A DNA stretch of 64,000 bases from a virus, in IMG/VR virus record IMGVR_UViG_3300036766_000889; one strand, given 5' to 3'. The stretch's first letter is position 1; every line of letters begins with the position of its first letter. This document shows, in pieces, positions 45,411-56,864 of the stretch. The translations under genes and the position numbers were made by a program. The notes under the pieces were generated by a model that was not told the DNA's origin, did no database searches, and worked only from the letters and a program-made list of their open reading frames with translations.

Positions 45411-48400
45411 CTAACTGACAATTACCAAACTCACAGCATCTCGAGCAGCGTCTCGCACGATCTTGTATTCATGAAAATTACCATCACCCCAATCGAAAGG
45501 AACCCGATATATGACGGTTCCGTACGGAATGCCTTGTGATGAGTCAGCTGCTGCGAGGTTTTGTAGTTTAACGAATCTGGTCCCGGAAATTTCTTCAAAC
45601 CCAATGCCGATCATGAATCCACGATCAACAGCACCACTTACACCAGCGTATATGCCAGTGTCACCATTCAAATCCGTTACTGTCGGCATGACAATACGGA
45701 CGGCAAAATTAACTTCAAAGTCGAATGATGGTGAGTTTGGAAGACCAGTTGATGTTTTGTAAATAGTATCAATGTTGTTTGATTCGTATCTCAAAGCAGT
45801 TATCGGTCCAACCGATACGAGAGATACCTGTACGTTTGGATCACTCCCATTAGTGAGAGTCCAAGTCGTCATTCCAGGAACTTCGAGACCAAGGGAAGTC
45901 GAACCGTAACCAGACACAGAGATAGACGACCCAGGTCCAGAAGACGGACTTACAACAACAATTCTTCCGTCTCCAACATCAAAACATATATCACCAGTAA
46001 AATATGAATTGATTCTTGCGACAACAAGAGCAACGGTCGTATCTGTTGGCTGGAATTGGACGTCAGTTTGAACTCCATCAACTGTTATGAATAGTATACC
46101 GTCTCCGAGTATCGTGAACGGTTCTTGATTCGACCCAGTTAACTGAGCTTGTTCCGGAAATGCTCTTCCTGTAATACCAACGCCATGTGGCGTTGTCATC
46201 AGTATTCCACTCATGTGAAGTGTTTCATCATCCGAAAACGGAGAAACAAGACCTGTTTCTCCATCAGGCTGAGTGAAAAATTTCATACTTTCATACAAAA
46301 CTCTGTCCGGGGGGTCAAGCCTAATGAAAACGGAGCTTCCATGAGAACCAGGGTTGGTTAAATGCGCTGAATATTTATTCCACTCATCAAAACATAAGTT
46401 CAGAAAGTCGTCGAAATTCGATATAACAATGGTAGAAATCGAGTTAGTAACATCGTGAATCGTATGTACATGAGAACCAGAGTCTCCAACAGTAGCCACT
46501 CTGTGTTTGTCATATTTAGCCCTAAACGATTCGGAGATTAAAACGGCACTAGGGACATCAACCGCGTCATCAACCACAATCAAACGACCCGGGTCATTGT
46601 TAAGATGAACCCTATACTGATTAGTATGTGAATTATATTTATTTTTCAGATCATTAGTGAAAGCCATCGCGTTTACCGTCGATGGATTGTCTATTGAACC
46701 GACAATGGCATTGTTTGGAGCGAAGTGAACGTCGTCAACACCAAAATTCCATCTAACAAGATGCCGGTTAATATACGTGAAAAGGTCAAGAGCGAGTTGA
46801 TATGCTGTTTGTCCGTCCGTCGCCGGAGCAGACCAAAACGAGTCATATGTATCATTCAAAGTGTGAATTGTCGGTTGTACGACGTGAGCGTTATATGCAG
46901 AAAGTAAGCCATTCAAGATTAGAATGGAAGAAGGTAAATCTGTAGCTGGGGGAAGATTCACCTGATTAAAAGTGTCAGGGGATAAATGAACAGGAATGAA
47001 AGAAGAACCGGCAAATCCAGATGCGGTGAGGTGTAAGTTATAATCATTAACAAGAGAGTTCGTAAGAACAATCAGTTGTTGAATAAATGGTAAAACCTCA
47101 AGTTTATTGACGGTATCATCTTCAAGTTCTGACACAAATCCGGGAGAATTAACAAAGTCAGCAGAAGGTATAGATTCAACAGAAACATCTACTTTTACTA
47201 AACCACCGCGTGAATCAAGATCCTGAGTCATTGGAACTGGTGGAGTACCTTCACCGAGAACGGTAAAAGCAGGGTCCATGCCAGCCATGTTGTCATCACT
47301 TGGTGTTCCACCAGACCAGACACCAAAACCGAAGTGCTCGTGTTTGTTCTTGGTAAGAAGATGATCAGGAGAAGTTACCGCATTCCCATAATTCGTTACT
47401 TGATGGCTTGGAATTCTTCTTTCCGTTAAAGTGATCTTTCCAATTGAATATGAAATTTCACCCCATACGGTTCTATCAATTTCAAACGGATTGAAGCTTC
47501 CGAAGGCCACGGAATTTCTAGAGTTCGTGATTTCTTTAAGAAAACTACTATCGGACGGAGGAAGCGTGAGAGAATTATAGTTTACCGATATGGAAGGAAT
47601 TATTCCACCGTCCACGTAAACAGATACGAAACCTATCGGGTCTCTGACAATTCTATAAGTGTGAGTCTGAGTCCAGTCTATCTGGTGTAGATAATATGAA
47701 CTAAAAAACGATGGGTCTCCTCCCTTATATAAACCAATATATCTACGTGAAATTGCTAACGGGTCTGAAATTTTTGAATCACGGAATACACAAACAGAAG
47801 ACCAATCAACAATTGACTGCGAAGAAAGCAGATCAGCATTTGCTACAGGTTCACTACCAGATCCAAACGTAATTGCCGGACCAGCAACACCGGTCTTAAG
47901 AACCGAATAAGCAAAAGTTCCTACAGGAGTATTATCAGCTAAAACAATGCAAAGATTTGCAATTTTAGAAGTGTAAATGTCGTAAGAATGAGGCTTCCCG
48001 TCATTCCATGCAAATGGCATTTCCGCGATAGAAACCAAGACACTCGTTCCAAAATCGAAACTAAGTATGTTTATATACTGTTGACCGATGGAATCCTGTG
48101 CGAGATGAAGTTCAACGTTTTTACCAAGTGGACCTTCATCGACATTTATGAGAACACCACACGGTCTTAAACTAGACCCTGCTGCTATCGGATACCCTGG
48201 AGTGCAAGAAATAACAGCACACCGAAAATCAAACTTCCAGTCTGCTGATGGACTAAGAATATCGTTAAGGAATAACGGGTCAACAAAGCTATACGCTCTG
48301 TAGTCAACGTTGCTCGAGTCAGTTATCCGTAAAGTTCTGCCGAAAAGTCTCGCGGACTGCGTACCGGACATGTTCCATGGAGAAACCTCAAGTTCTGGAT

Positions 48401-51371
48401 AATTTTCTCCAAACCATGAAACTCTCGGTTCAGGATTTGAGTCGCGTCCGAAATAAGTTCCAACTTGAATGCCAAGCTTTTCAACGGCGTGACCACCGAT
48501 GACCTGAATAGACGATTCAACACCAAGAGATTTGTTCGTAAATTTGACTTTTCCATCTACGGCAGATGCCATGGCAAATGGCAACTGAGAATTGATTATA
48601 TTTGATATCGTTACAGCGTCAGTGATAGAGTATGTGAATGATAGAGTTTGTGGTAAACCGCCATCGATGGATAAAATCATAGTGTCACCTGACACTATAG
48701 GGAAAGGCTCAGTTAAAATACCGGTAACAGTCGAAGGTGTTGGGACTCCTTGTATAAATACAAGGTGAACGGAAAGTTCTCCGTCATCGAGAAATACACC
48801 AGATGCTCTATTGTCTAAAGAAAATGTGTAAAATCCAACGCTAGCGGTAAACTCAATGGAACTAGAAGTCGTATTTTGTAAGATCGGTTCTAGTCGGATG
48901 AATCCACGATAAGCACCGGTCGATAAACCAAGAGAGTCCTCTGTCCCGACCGGAGCGCTTGATGTCGAATCCAGAATGAGTTTTCCAGAAACAACCCTGT
49001 CGTAACCACCTTGTCCTATTGTTATCCACGGAGCAAAAGGATCTTTCTCCGGAACATCGATAGGTTCATATACGACTGATTTGTTATCTATAACTTGATC
49101 GAAGTCAAGTGGCGTTACATTTACCCGTACGAAATTCCAGAAGCTAATAGAGGAAGCTTGTCTTGATAATGAACCAAAGAAAGCTTGCTGAACCTGGTCT
49201 ATCCTAAGGTCAACATCAGAAGCTGCCGGGAGAGAGTTTATCTTGATAGAAGCAAGCGGTACGGGGTCACCACCAGCATAGAGAGATACGACATCGTCAT
49301 TTTTGTAAAGTCTGTACGTGGAAGTTATGGTCCAATCAAATGCGGATCCGACCCAACTTGTTTCGAGTTCCGGAAACTGAGCCTTTATGAGTATTCCAAC
49401 TTGTCTGACAGGACCAACTACGTTAACCGTGTCTTCAACATAGTGAACGCCCGGTTGCACTCTGTGAGCATTGAAGCTGTCTGACAGTATGTTGATTAAT
49501 GATATAGCGGTTTCAGGACTTGATGCATCAGGTTCGTACACAACATCAAAAACATCGGCAATGAGATGGACGACTCCATCTCCAAGAGTTCCTCTATTAA
49601 TGTGTTGATTAAACAGAAACTTCAGTCTGTTTGTAAGAATTATTAAAGACGTTTCATCTGTAGCCGACACGACATCAACGGAATCCTGAGGAGAGTTTGG
49701 TCTATGCACACCCGTAGTAATTAGGTGAGCGTTAAACTTCTCCATGAGCGTGTTAGCTCGTGACATGGCTGATGACAGGTTGTTAGCTGTCGTTTCAAGA
49801 AGACCAGCCAAAGCAAGAGTATAACCGTCAGTGAACCCAAACCCAGGACCAACCACAACACCGTCGTTGTGTATTCCAGCAGTAACAAGTGAGCCAGCAG
49901 TAAAACCTAACCCGGAACCAAACGATAAGTCATCACTTTGACTTGATTGCGCACTCATGCGGAAAGCCGCAGAAACTGTGCTAGGAAACCCAAGATTAAG
50001 AGGATACGTATAAAACGGAGGATTACTGTATGGACCGGATTGGACGTCAATATCTGCAAGTGTGAGTTGAGAACCCCCAGGCTCGAGAAATACGACACCA
50101 GATCCCTTCGACACCCACGGGTCAGTTGACATATCCGGAAGTGTCGTCGGGTCGTATCTTACAGTAGTTTCCTCAACAGTCGTTTCAAATACTGGGTATG
50201 CAACTCGGTTACCCGGCACATTGAGAAGGAGCGTGTTTGGATCGTTCAAAACAGCGGTATAAACTCTCTCGAGACCTTTGTACTTCCAGCCAACTTTTAG
50301 TGGTTGAAATGGAGCACCAATTGTCCCATCATATGAAGTCGGATCTAAAAGGAAAGATCTGGCTCTATAAGTGTGGCCAGGAAGGCCGACAACGCCATTG
50401 TTACCGCACTCATTCAAGACGAATTCAGGAGTGTTAAGACGTTCAAATCTCGTTGGAGGATTGGAAAGATAACTATAATCGACCGTGATCACATCACCGT
50501 GGACCGGTTCATCAGTAAGAACTATAGCCCCGAGTAAACCAAATACAACGTCAACTGAAACTGGGATTCCGTTAGAGTAGTTCGTGCCGACTCGTACTAC
50601 AACATCTGAAGGATCGTCAGCTACCTGATCGGTTCTAGGGTCTTGTATGATCCACGCAAATGGCCCGATCAAAGGCCCGCTCCCCACGATTGATTCCGTT
50701 TCGGGAGTTGTTATACGACTATCTTTATCCCTTGACAGATGAACGATATCATCCTGTCTGTGGAGCTCCATTTTTCTGCGAAGGTCATTCGCCAGGAGCA
50801 TTGCTGACGGTAGGTTATAAGCTTCACTAGCTTGTGGTAGGTCTTTCAGGTCAGGTTCAATATGGACGGGACCGCCAATACTAAACACAGTGTTTAAGTG
50901 GTTTGAGAAAGCACTCAAGAGACCATTCAACAAAATTGTGGCCGATGTTATGTCAACAACAAATCCTGCGTTTGCGTTATTAACTATGTCTTGGTTGACA
51001 TGAGATATCGAGACTTTATGTTGGTTATACCTATACTGTAATTCATTTGACAAAGCCATGAGGGTATCAAGCGTAGCTTGCTCATCGGCCCAGTCAAAAC
51101 TAGCATTGTCAAGTTCAACAGTGGAACTCGACATGACTTTCGATATGTAAAATGTTCCATCATTTCTCCCGGATGGAGAACCGGAGATCACGAGTTGTTT
51201 GCCAACATGCGATTGTGAGAAAGGCATGGATGACACTGAAACCGACCTCGGACCAGTTATCAATAAATCAGCCCCTCCGACTAGCTGGATCGGTTTCTTG
51301 ACTATAGGTCCCCTATGCGTGAACAAAGTTCGATCCGCAGCAGACCCAAGTCCCGTGAAAAATACTGTCAT
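45411..51371 (-). CDS. 1986-aa virion protein with His-containing helical repeats and lectin-like beta segments
   Basis: Repeated NxL...(F/Y)NxH...H...D; FDW...H.Y.I motifs. Confidence 0.75.
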   Translation of the reverse strand: MTVFFTGLGSAADRTLFTHRGPIVKKPIQLVGGADLLITGPRSVSVSSMPFSQSHVGKQLVISGSPSGRNDGTFYISKVMSSSTVELDNASFDWADEQATLDTLMALSNELQYRYNQHKVSISHVNQDIVNNANAGFVVDITSATILLNGLLSAFSNHLNTVFSIGGPVHIEPDLKDLPQASEAYNLPSAMLLANDLRRKMELHRQDDIVHLSRDKDSRITTPETESIVGSGPLIGPFAWIIQDPRTDQVADDPSDVVVRVGTNYSNGIPVSVDVVFGLLGAIVLTDEPVHGDVITVDYSYLSNPPTRFERLNTPEFVLNECGNNGVVGLPGHTYRARSFLLDPTSYDGTIGAPFQPLKVGWKYKGLERVYTAVLNDPNTLLLNVPGNRVAYPVFETTVEETTVRYDPTTLPDMSTDPWVSKGSGVVFLEPGGSQLTLADIDVQSGPYSNPPFYTYPLNLGFPSTVSAAFRMSAQSSQSDDLSFGSGLGFTAGSLVTAGIHNDGVVVGPGFGFTDGYTLALAGLLETTANNLSSAMSRANTLMEKFNAHLITTGVHRPNSPQDSVDVVSATDETSLIILTNRLKFLFNQHINRGTLGDGVVHLIADVFDVVYEPDASSPETAISLINILSDSFNAHRVQPGVHYVEDTVNVVGPVRQVGILIKAQFPELETSWVGSAFDWTITSTYRLYKNDDVVSLYAGGDPVPLASIKINSLPAASDVDLRIDQVQQAFFGSLSRQASSISFWNFVRVNVTPLDFDQVIDNKSVVYEPIDVPEKDPFAPWITIGQGGYDRVVSGKLILDSTSSAPVGTEDSLGLSTGAYRGFIRLEPILQNTTSSSIEFTASVGFYTFSLDNRASGVFLDDGELSVHLVFIQGVPTPSTVTGILTEPFPIVSGDTMILSIDGGLPQTLSFTYSITDAVTISNIINSQLPFAMASAVDGKVKFTNKSLGVESSIQVIGGHAVEKLGIQVGTYFGRDSNPEPRVSWFGENYPELEVSPWNMSGTQSARLFGRTLRITDSSNVDYRAYSFVDPLFLNDILSPSADWKFDFRCAVISCTPGYPIAAGSSLRPCGVLINVDEGPLGKNVELHLAQDSIGQQYINILSFDFGTSVLVSIAEMPFAWNDGKPHSYDIYTSKIANLCIVLADNTPVGTFAYSVLKTGVAGPAITFGSGSEPVANADLLSSQSIVDWSSVCVFRDSKISDPLAISRRYIGLYKGGDPSFFSSYYLHQIDWTQTHTYRIVRDPIGFVSVYVDGGIIPSISVNYNSLTLPPSDSSFLKEITNSRNSVAFGSFNPFEIDRTVWGEISYSIGKITLTERRIPSHQVTNYGNAVTSPDHLLTKNKHEHFGFGVWSGGTPSDDNMAGMDPAFTVLGEGTPPVPMTQDLDSRGGLVKVDVSVESIPSADFVNSPGFVSELEDDTVNKLEVLPFIQQLIVLTNSLVNDYNLHLTASGFAGSSFIPVHLSPDTFNQVNLPPATDLPSSILILNGLLSAYNAHVVQPTIHTLNDTYDSFWSAPATDGQTAYQLALDLFTYINRHLVRWNFGVDDVHFAPNNAIVGSIDNPSTVNAMAFTNDLKNKYNSHTNQYRVHLNNDPGRLIVVDDAVDVPSAVLISESFRAKYDKHRVATVGDSGSHVHTIHDVTNSISTIVISNFDDFLNLCFDEWNKYSAHLTNPGSHGSSVFIRLDPPDRVLYESMKFFTQPDGETGLVSPFSDDETLHMSGILMTTPHGVGITGRAFPEQAQLTGSNQEPFTILGDGILFITVDGVQTDVQFQPTDTTVALVVARINSYFTGDICFDVGDGRIVVVSPSSGPGSSISVSGYGSTSLGLEVPGMTTWTLTNGSDPNVQVSLVSVGPITALRYESNNIDTIYKTSTGLPNSPSFDFEVNFAVRIVMPTVTDLNGDTGIYAGVSGAVDRGFMIGIGFEEISGTRFVKLQNLAAADSSQGIPYGTVIYRVPFDWGDGNFHEYKIVRDAARDAVSLVIVS

Positions 51372-51401
51372 CGTTTACGCTGTTCAATAGAGAGTCTGAA
51401 T

Positions 51402-54206
51402 TTAGGGCTGGATCGGGTTTCCGAACAAATCCGACAAGCCCCCAATATCAAGACCATACGTAACAAAATCTTTCATCCCGCGAACTTGTACACGCAAAAC
51501 TCTTGGGTTACTCCAATATGATTCGCCAACCAGTAGTCCAGGCGGGCCAGTAAAACTGAGCTGAGCAAGCGTTACAGGTTCTTCGCGCATCGGCTTAGAA
51601 AAGAAGACATCGAGTTGGTCCTTTACCAATTTTTCTTTTGGCGACCCTCGTCCGGCTCCAGGTTCTGGTGAAGCAGATGCTATGAATGGTGGGTCAGATA
51701 CGCCCAAAAATGACGCGCTTATTCTTCTTGTTGTTGGTGACGGGCGTGAGTATGGGTCATTCGAAAGAACCTTCAGATCAGCTGTGATGGTATACTCAGA
51801 CCCATCAGTGAGACCATCGTAATGAAACATAATAGTGTCAAAAAGCTTAGAAAACTGTAGTCTTGGTCCTTTGGCATAATGGGACGAAAGGTTATTTCTA
51901 TGAGCAAAAAGTGCTCTGCTTAAAGCGATAGCGACGATAGAAGCTGATTTCAAATCAACCGCGTCTGGTTCGTAAACTGCGTCGGCCGAAGCCTGGAAAA
52001 TATGATATATACCATCAACATTTGCGACATGACGGTTATATACGCTTTTCAAAAAATTAACAGCCGTGACTATTGACTCTTCACTCATTGACGGAATGTT
52101 GGAATCGTTAAAGTCATCAAGTGTATCAGTTAGTATATGTACAGGAATTTGTCCTGATGGGGATACCCCAGATTCAGACAAATGAGTCCTGAAAACTTGC
52201 ATCAGTTCTTCTATGAGAGCTTGTATCGAATAGACGGACGTCTCAAGGGATATGCTTGTAACGTTGACAGGAAGACCATCCGTATTTGTTATCCGTACAT
52301 CTTCCGTTCTAGGCATAACGAGATCAGCGGATGTTCTAATGCTTAAAGAACGTTTGCGAGGTAGGACTGACATTAAACTAACTTCACCAAATGGTGAAGT
52401 TGTGAAAACGAACGGCGTATCTTGAAAATCAGCACTATTGAGATTTACCGTTATGGTATACTTCGGAATCGATGCTTCACTGACTAGTTTCAACCTGGCC
52501 GCATATGTAAACCCATCTCTAATGGGTGGTGCAGAATCGGGGTCAGCAAATGGAGTAGTAGAGTCAACTTCAACAGGAAACTCATAAATTATATGATTGT
52601 TGAAAACATCCTTCATTGTTGAAGAAATTGACAGAGCAGAAACTGGGTCTATCACAGTTTGAGGCGTTAGAGTATTAACATCGTCAAAATATAGGTGTGG
52701 AGGTCTAGAAGCCAAGTGCGCAACGTATTTTATCTGTAACTCGTTCAATAACGAAATAGCTTCTGATGTGGTTGTTATAGATGGAGTGATGCATTCTGGA
52801 TGCGAGTATGGAGCGTTCGGGGTGTTTACAGTATCCTCATATGAGTGCCATGGACCAAGTTCATGCATAGACAAACGAGTTTTGAGTTCATCAGCAATGA
52901 GTGACGCGGAGTATAAATCAGATGAGTCATTCGGATCTGCAGATGTAATAATATTTTCGTTGTCCGTAGCTATGTGATAAGGAATGACTCCGAACAACGC
53001 ACTTAGATGCGAGTTAAACCCGTATTTAAGAGCAGTGGCTAGTGATACAGCTTGTTGAATCGTAAATGCAGGTTCAAGGTCCACCACATCTGCCATGTCG
53101 GGGTTAGAATGTGATGGAACAGTAACGGAGTGTGAATTAAATTTTTCTAATAAATCATTCAGAAGTCCCGTTACTGACGCGACAGATGGCGGTGAATCGG
53201 CATCTGCAAAATGAACATTTTGAAATGACAAATGACTATTGAATTTAGACTTAAAATCTAAGCATATCGCAATAAGTGAAGGAGAATCAATAGGATCCGG
53301 AGCAGTGACTGGAAGAGAGTCACCAGAAAGGTGAACACCTTCTTTCGTAACATTCCATTTTGAAATGTCAGTTATATCAGTCGAAAGCATCGGGCAGCTA
53401 AAGAAAACGTCAACGTACGCGTTACGCTCTGCTGGAACTACCTTGCTAACATGTGCGGATGTGACTGTTGGAGTTGATATGTCAGCATAAGAAAAAGGAG
53501 GAGGAGAAGTAAGTCTCAAATCAAGAAAAACTTCACCGTCACCTGTATTAAAAGATGAGTCTGTGACTTTCTGATACTGAATTAGGAACTTATCTCCAGA
53601 AACGAGTCCGGGTTGAATTCTGAATCTTATGTTCGTTTCAGGAACGTCCGGAAAGCTTATAACCGGCAAAAGAACCGACATAGGTAAAACGGTGTCACCA
53701 ACAATGGGAAAAATCTGAGCAGTGGCGTAAATCGTAGACGTATCTCGAACCGATTTATCGAACACTATGTCGATACAAGACCTGTCAGAGAGGAAAGCTC
53801 CGACTGCTCGAGGTGGGGCTGGAACCGAAGCACTGAAGTTATAGGTAGAGGTTGAAGATATTCTGCCGTCCAGTGAATGAATGTCTTGAAGTAACAAAGA
53901 GTAAACAGCGGATAGTGTGAAGTCTCCAGAAAAAGTAACGGCGACAGATGTCATATCGCTATCAAAGAATTCAACTGAAATAGCAGAAGGTATGAAAATC
54001 TCTGGAACACCAAAAACTGGTGATAAAAAATAGGCTCTTGGCCTTAAAGCACTTTCGTCTACAGGAACCTCAAATACGACTCTTAGTGTAATAGAGTCAA
54101 GAACATGGACTCTAAAACCAAATGACGGTCCCTGATTGGGAAGAATGCCGAGAACAATCTTTCCTAGCAAACTTCCAGGCTGACCGAGGATAGACTGATT
54201 CGGCAC
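51402..54206 (-). CDS. 934-aa virion protein with the same His repeats and Ig-like segments
   Basis: FSKPM/FDKSV Ig-like motifs; about 9 His repeats. Confidence 0.72.
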   Translation of the reverse strand: MPNQSILGQPGSLLGKIVLGILPNQGPSFGFRVHVLDSITLRVVFEVPVDESALRPRAYFLSPVFGVPEIFIPSAISVEFFDSDMTSVAVTFSGDFTLSAVYSLLLQDIHSLDGRISSTSTYNFSASVPAPPRAVGAFLSDRSCIDIVFDKSVRDTSTIYATAQIFPIVGDTVLPMSVLLPVISFPDVPETNIRFRIQPGLVSGDKFLIQYQKVTDSSFNTGDGEVFLDLRLTSPPPFSYADISTPTVTSAHVSKVVPAERNAYVDVFFSCPMLSTDITDISKWNVTKEGVHLSGDSLPVTAPDPIDSPSLIAICLDFKSKFNSHLSFQNVHFADADSPPSVASVTGLLNDLLEKFNSHSVTVPSHSNPDMADVVDLEPAFTIQQAVSLATALKYGFNSHLSALFGVIPYHIATDNENIITSADPNDSSDLYSASLIADELKTRLSMHELGPWHSYEDTVNTPNAPYSHPECITPSITTTSEAISLLNELQIKYVAHLASRPPHLYFDDVNTLTPQTVIDPVSALSISSTMKDVFNNHIIYEFPVEVDSTTPFADPDSAPPIRDGFTYAARLKLVSEASIPKYTITVNLNSADFQDTPFVFTTSPFGEVSLMSVLPRKRSLSIRTSADLVMPRTEDVRITNTDGLPVNVTSISLETSVYSIQALIEELMQVFRTHLSESGVSPSGQIPVHILTDTLDDFNDSNIPSMSEESIVTAVNFLKSVYNRHVANVDGIYHIFQASADAVYEPDAVDLKSASIVAIALSRALFAHRNNLSSHYAKGPRLQFSKLFDTIMFHYDGLTDGSEYTITADLKVLSNDPYSRPSPTTRRISASFLGVSDPPFIASASPEPGAGRGSPKEKLVKDQLDVFFSKPMREEPVTLAQLSFTGPPGLLVGESYWSNPRVLRVQVRGMKDFVTYGLDIGGLSDLFGNPIQP

Positions 54207-54208
54207 TA

Positions 54209-54670
54209 TTAGCCCCTAGGATAGCGAAATAAACTCGCCATCTTTTCCATAGCACTTAGGTTCTCTTGTGTCTGAGTCTGACCTGTACGAATACAGACAA
54301 TATCACCGATTTCTGGATTTTTAAGTCCTTCCTGATTAGGGATGAAAATGTAGTTCGTTAGATCTCGAATCTGAAGCCTTCCGATTCCGATAGACTTAAT
54401 CGGCCCAGCGGCATTCTTAAACATTTCAAACTCACATTTATGATATGAAGACAAAATGGATGTTGATGTGAATCTCACCAAAACAGAACCGTTAGGAAGA
54501 ATAGTTGAGACTTCTCCCATCGGAGGATCCATAGTCTGATCTAGACCAGGGTTAGCAGACATCTTAGATGAGTTCCCTCCTTGAACACCAGAGACTGTTC
54601 TCATTTGCGTAGGTACAAAACCCGCATTTGAGTTTTGAAAAAGTAACTGTCCGGGTTTTTTGGGATCCAT
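54209..54670 (-). CDS. Hypothetical protein
   Basis: GGAGAGG SD; 153 aa. Confidence 0.7.
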   Translation of the reverse strand: MDPKKPGQLLFQNSNAGFVPTQMRTVSGVQGGNSSKMSANPGLDQTMDPPMGEVSTILPNGSVLVRFTSTSILSSYHKCEFEMFKNAAGPIKSIGIGRLQIRDLTNYIFIPNQEGLKNPEIGDIVCIRTGQTQTQENLSAMEKMASLFRYPRG

Positions 54671-54678
54671 CTGTCAAC

Positions 54679-54716
54679 CTCTCCTAGAAAGTGTCCACGT
54701 TGAGCGTGCGAGCAAT
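54679..54716. repeat. 38-bp direct repeat, copy 1 (36/38 identical to 55324-55361)
   Basis: CTCTCCTAGAAAGTGTCCACGTTGAGCGTGCGAGCAAT. Confidence 0.9.
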
Positions 54717-54725
54717 GTTTACCCG

Positions 54726-55313
54726 TCATCGGTTATCGACGATCGCGTTGATGCTATCTAGCGTGGTCGCCGCCACCACCTGTGCCTTCAACGCAGCTCC
54801 GCCATCGCGGATTGCGCGGATTGCAGTCACAGCCGCAGCATGGAACTCCTCGACCGCCGCCGCGTCTTCCAGCGATACGGAATCGAGATCGTTCTTCACG
54901 AAGAAGACGACCGGATACGCGAAACTTGGCGCATTTCTGCTGTTGAATGCGCCAGTTATGTTCAACTGCGACACCTCGGACAAACCAAACAGTTTGCCGC
55001 TTGCAGAAGGATACTCGAAGCCACCAGCCGCAATCAGCTCAGACGTCTTAGATTTGATGGCCCTGAGTTTTCCCTCCTTGAGCGCGACGAGCACTTTGGA
55101 AGGCTGGTTGTGCGTAGCAACCACTGCGTTCAGCAGCGATCGATCCCCTTGCGACACCGGCCCCGCGAAACCAATGCGCAGCCCCGATCGAAGACCTCGC
55201 ACAAGAGACGGTCGCTGTGAAAGCCCAGCTTCCGCCAGCTCTTTTGCGAGCGCGGAATAATCGACTTCACCGTTCGCTGTTGCGGAGAAGGGGTATTCAA
55301 CAATGACGTTCAT
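54726..55313 (-). CDS. DUF4376-like tail-fibre-associated protein
   Basis: Ends ALKAQVVAATTLDSINAIVDNR; directly after tail fibre gene. Confidence 0.7.
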   Translation of the reverse strand: MNVIVEYPFSATANGEVDYSALAKELAEAGLSQRPSLVRGLRSGLRIGFAGPVSQGDRSLLNAVVATHNQPSKVLVALKEGKLRAIKSKTSELIAAGGFEYPSASGKLFGLSEVSQLNITGAFNSRNAPSFAYPVVFFVKNDLDSVSLEDAAAVEEFHAAAVTAIRAIRDGGAALKAQVVAATTLDSINAIVDNR

Positions 55314-55323
55314 GTGCGACCAG

Positions 55324-55361
55324 CTCTCCTAGAAAGTATCCACGTTGAGCGTGCGAGCGAT
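55324..55361. repeat. 38-bp direct repeat, copy 2 (tail-fibre 3' end)
   Basis: CTCTCCTAGAAAGTATCCACGTTGAGCGTGCGAGCGAT encodes [10 protein letters not shown] on the minus strand. Confidence 0.9.
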
Positions 55362-56864
55362 TGTAAACAACGTGCCTGCGAGGACTACGCGACGACCGTT
55401 GGAAGCGAGAGCGGCTCCGTTGGGGTTGATGTTGAAACCAAGCTCGCCTGGGTTTCCAGGGCAAAAAACTTGAGACCACGGCTGATCCAAGCCTTGCAGA
55501 GAAACGTGAAGCCCGCCCAGGTTGTCTCCCACTGTTGAGTGCGCGACAAAGGCTTGGACGCCGCTGAAGTACGCGATATGCGGGATGTAGTTGTAACGAC
55601 CGGCAATCGGACCAGGCGGAAACACGTCTGCACGTTGCGTCCAGGTGATGCCGTCCGGCGACGATATGATGTACGCAAAGCTATCAAGACCGTTGTAGCC
55701 GACAGCAACAAACTCGCCATTGCCAAAGGCAACGTCTTCAAGCGACACGAAGTTCGCGGCAATTGAAGGAGACGTCCGGGAGGTCCAGGTCACTCCGTTA
55801 GACGACGTCAGGATGACTCCGCGATCCGCAGCCGGTCCATTGCCAACGGCGACAAACGTCCCATTACCATAAGCGATTCCATACAGTGACACGGGGAGGA
55901 TTTCGGGTTGTGGGCGATGAGTCCAGGTGACTCCGTCTGGAGAACTTTGAATTTCTCCAGAAAGGCCAACTGCCACCCACATGCCGCCGCCAAAGACCAC
56001 ATCTTCCAGTGTCGATGCAGGGAAGAAACCGGCCCCGACCGTTCTTTGGACAGTGGCACCGAATAAAGTGTCCAGCGTGTGGATTACCATGTTACCAGGC
56101 GCGTACCCGCCCACAAGAACGAACCTACCAACGCCGTCGCTCGCAACGCCTGTGAAGGTGCCCGAAAAAACGGATCCCGGCGTTACCTGTACCCAGTATT
56201 TGGCATCAGCATAGGAAGCAAAAACGGAAGCGCGGGTACCGAACGGTGAACCACCGCACGTCTCGCCACATACCACCCAATACTCGTTTGGGAAGCCGAA
56301 ATCGGTGAGAGGACCAGATGCTGCCGCACGAAGGTCATTCGTGCCAGTTGGGCTTGGCGCATACGGAATCTCGATATTGAAAGCCAACGGTCCTTGAGGA
56401 CCAGGACCGGTAGGTCCCTGAAGTCCGGTAGGTCCCTGAAGTCCGGTAGGTCCCTGAAGTCCGGTGAACCCTTGAGGACCAGTAGCGCCCTGAGGACCAG
56501 TAGGTCCCTGAAGTCCGACCGATCCAATAGACCCAGTGGGTCCAAGCGGGCCAACAGGACCAAGTGCCCCGGTAGGACCAGCAAAATCCTGAGTAAGTTT
56601 ACTAAGAGCACCAGCCGTCAAAACATGAAAACATGCCGCCCCGGATTGGTGAGAATTCGGAATTGTCCCCTCTACCCCACGCTGAACGGAAAATACGTTC
56701 CCGGTAACACCAACAACAAGCATTATCTCGCTATCGATGAGGATTCGAAATTGGGGTTGAAGAGGGAATATGGAACCGGAGGTAACCTGACAAAAGCCCA
56801 CAGATGAGTCCATGGATAGGTTAATGGTCCCCTGAGAATTATTAGCAAAACGTTCAAGTGCCAT
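55329..56864 (-). CDS. Tail fibre: collagen-like stalk plus Asp-box/beta-propeller tip
   Basis: (G-X-Y)n including 18-bp tandem repeats near 56405-56465; SSPDGVTWT x3. Confidence 0.85.
   Translation of the reverse strand: MALERFANNSQGTINLSMDSSVGFCQVTSGSIFPLQPQFRILIDSEIMLVVGVTGNVFSVQRGVEGTIPNSHQSGAACFHVLTAGALSKLTQDFAGPTGALGPVGPLGPTGSIGSVGLQGPTGPQGATGPQGFTGLQGPTGLQGPTGLQGPTGPGPQGPLAFNIEIPYAPSPTGTNDLRAAASGPLTDFGFPNEYWVVCGETCGGSPFGTRASVFASYADAKYWVQVTPGSVFSGTFTGVASDGVGRFVLVGGYAPGNMVIHTLDTLFGATVQRTVGAGFFPASTLEDVVFGGGMWVAVGLSGEIQSSPDGVTWTHRPQPEILPVSLYGIAYGNGTFVAVGNGPAADRGVILTSSNGVTWTSRTSPSIAANFVSLEDVAFGNGEFVAVGYNGLDSFAYIISSPDGITWTQRADVFPPGPIAGRYNYIPHIAYFSGVQAFVAHSTVGDNLGGLHVSLQGLDQPWSQVFCPGNPGELGFNINPNGAALASNGRRVVLAGTLFTIARTLNVDTF

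Noticed and set aside
54679-56864. Diversity-generating retroelement or invertase shufflon at the tail fibre
   Set aside because: Repeat is only 38 bp and direct; no reverse transcriptase or recombinase in the window
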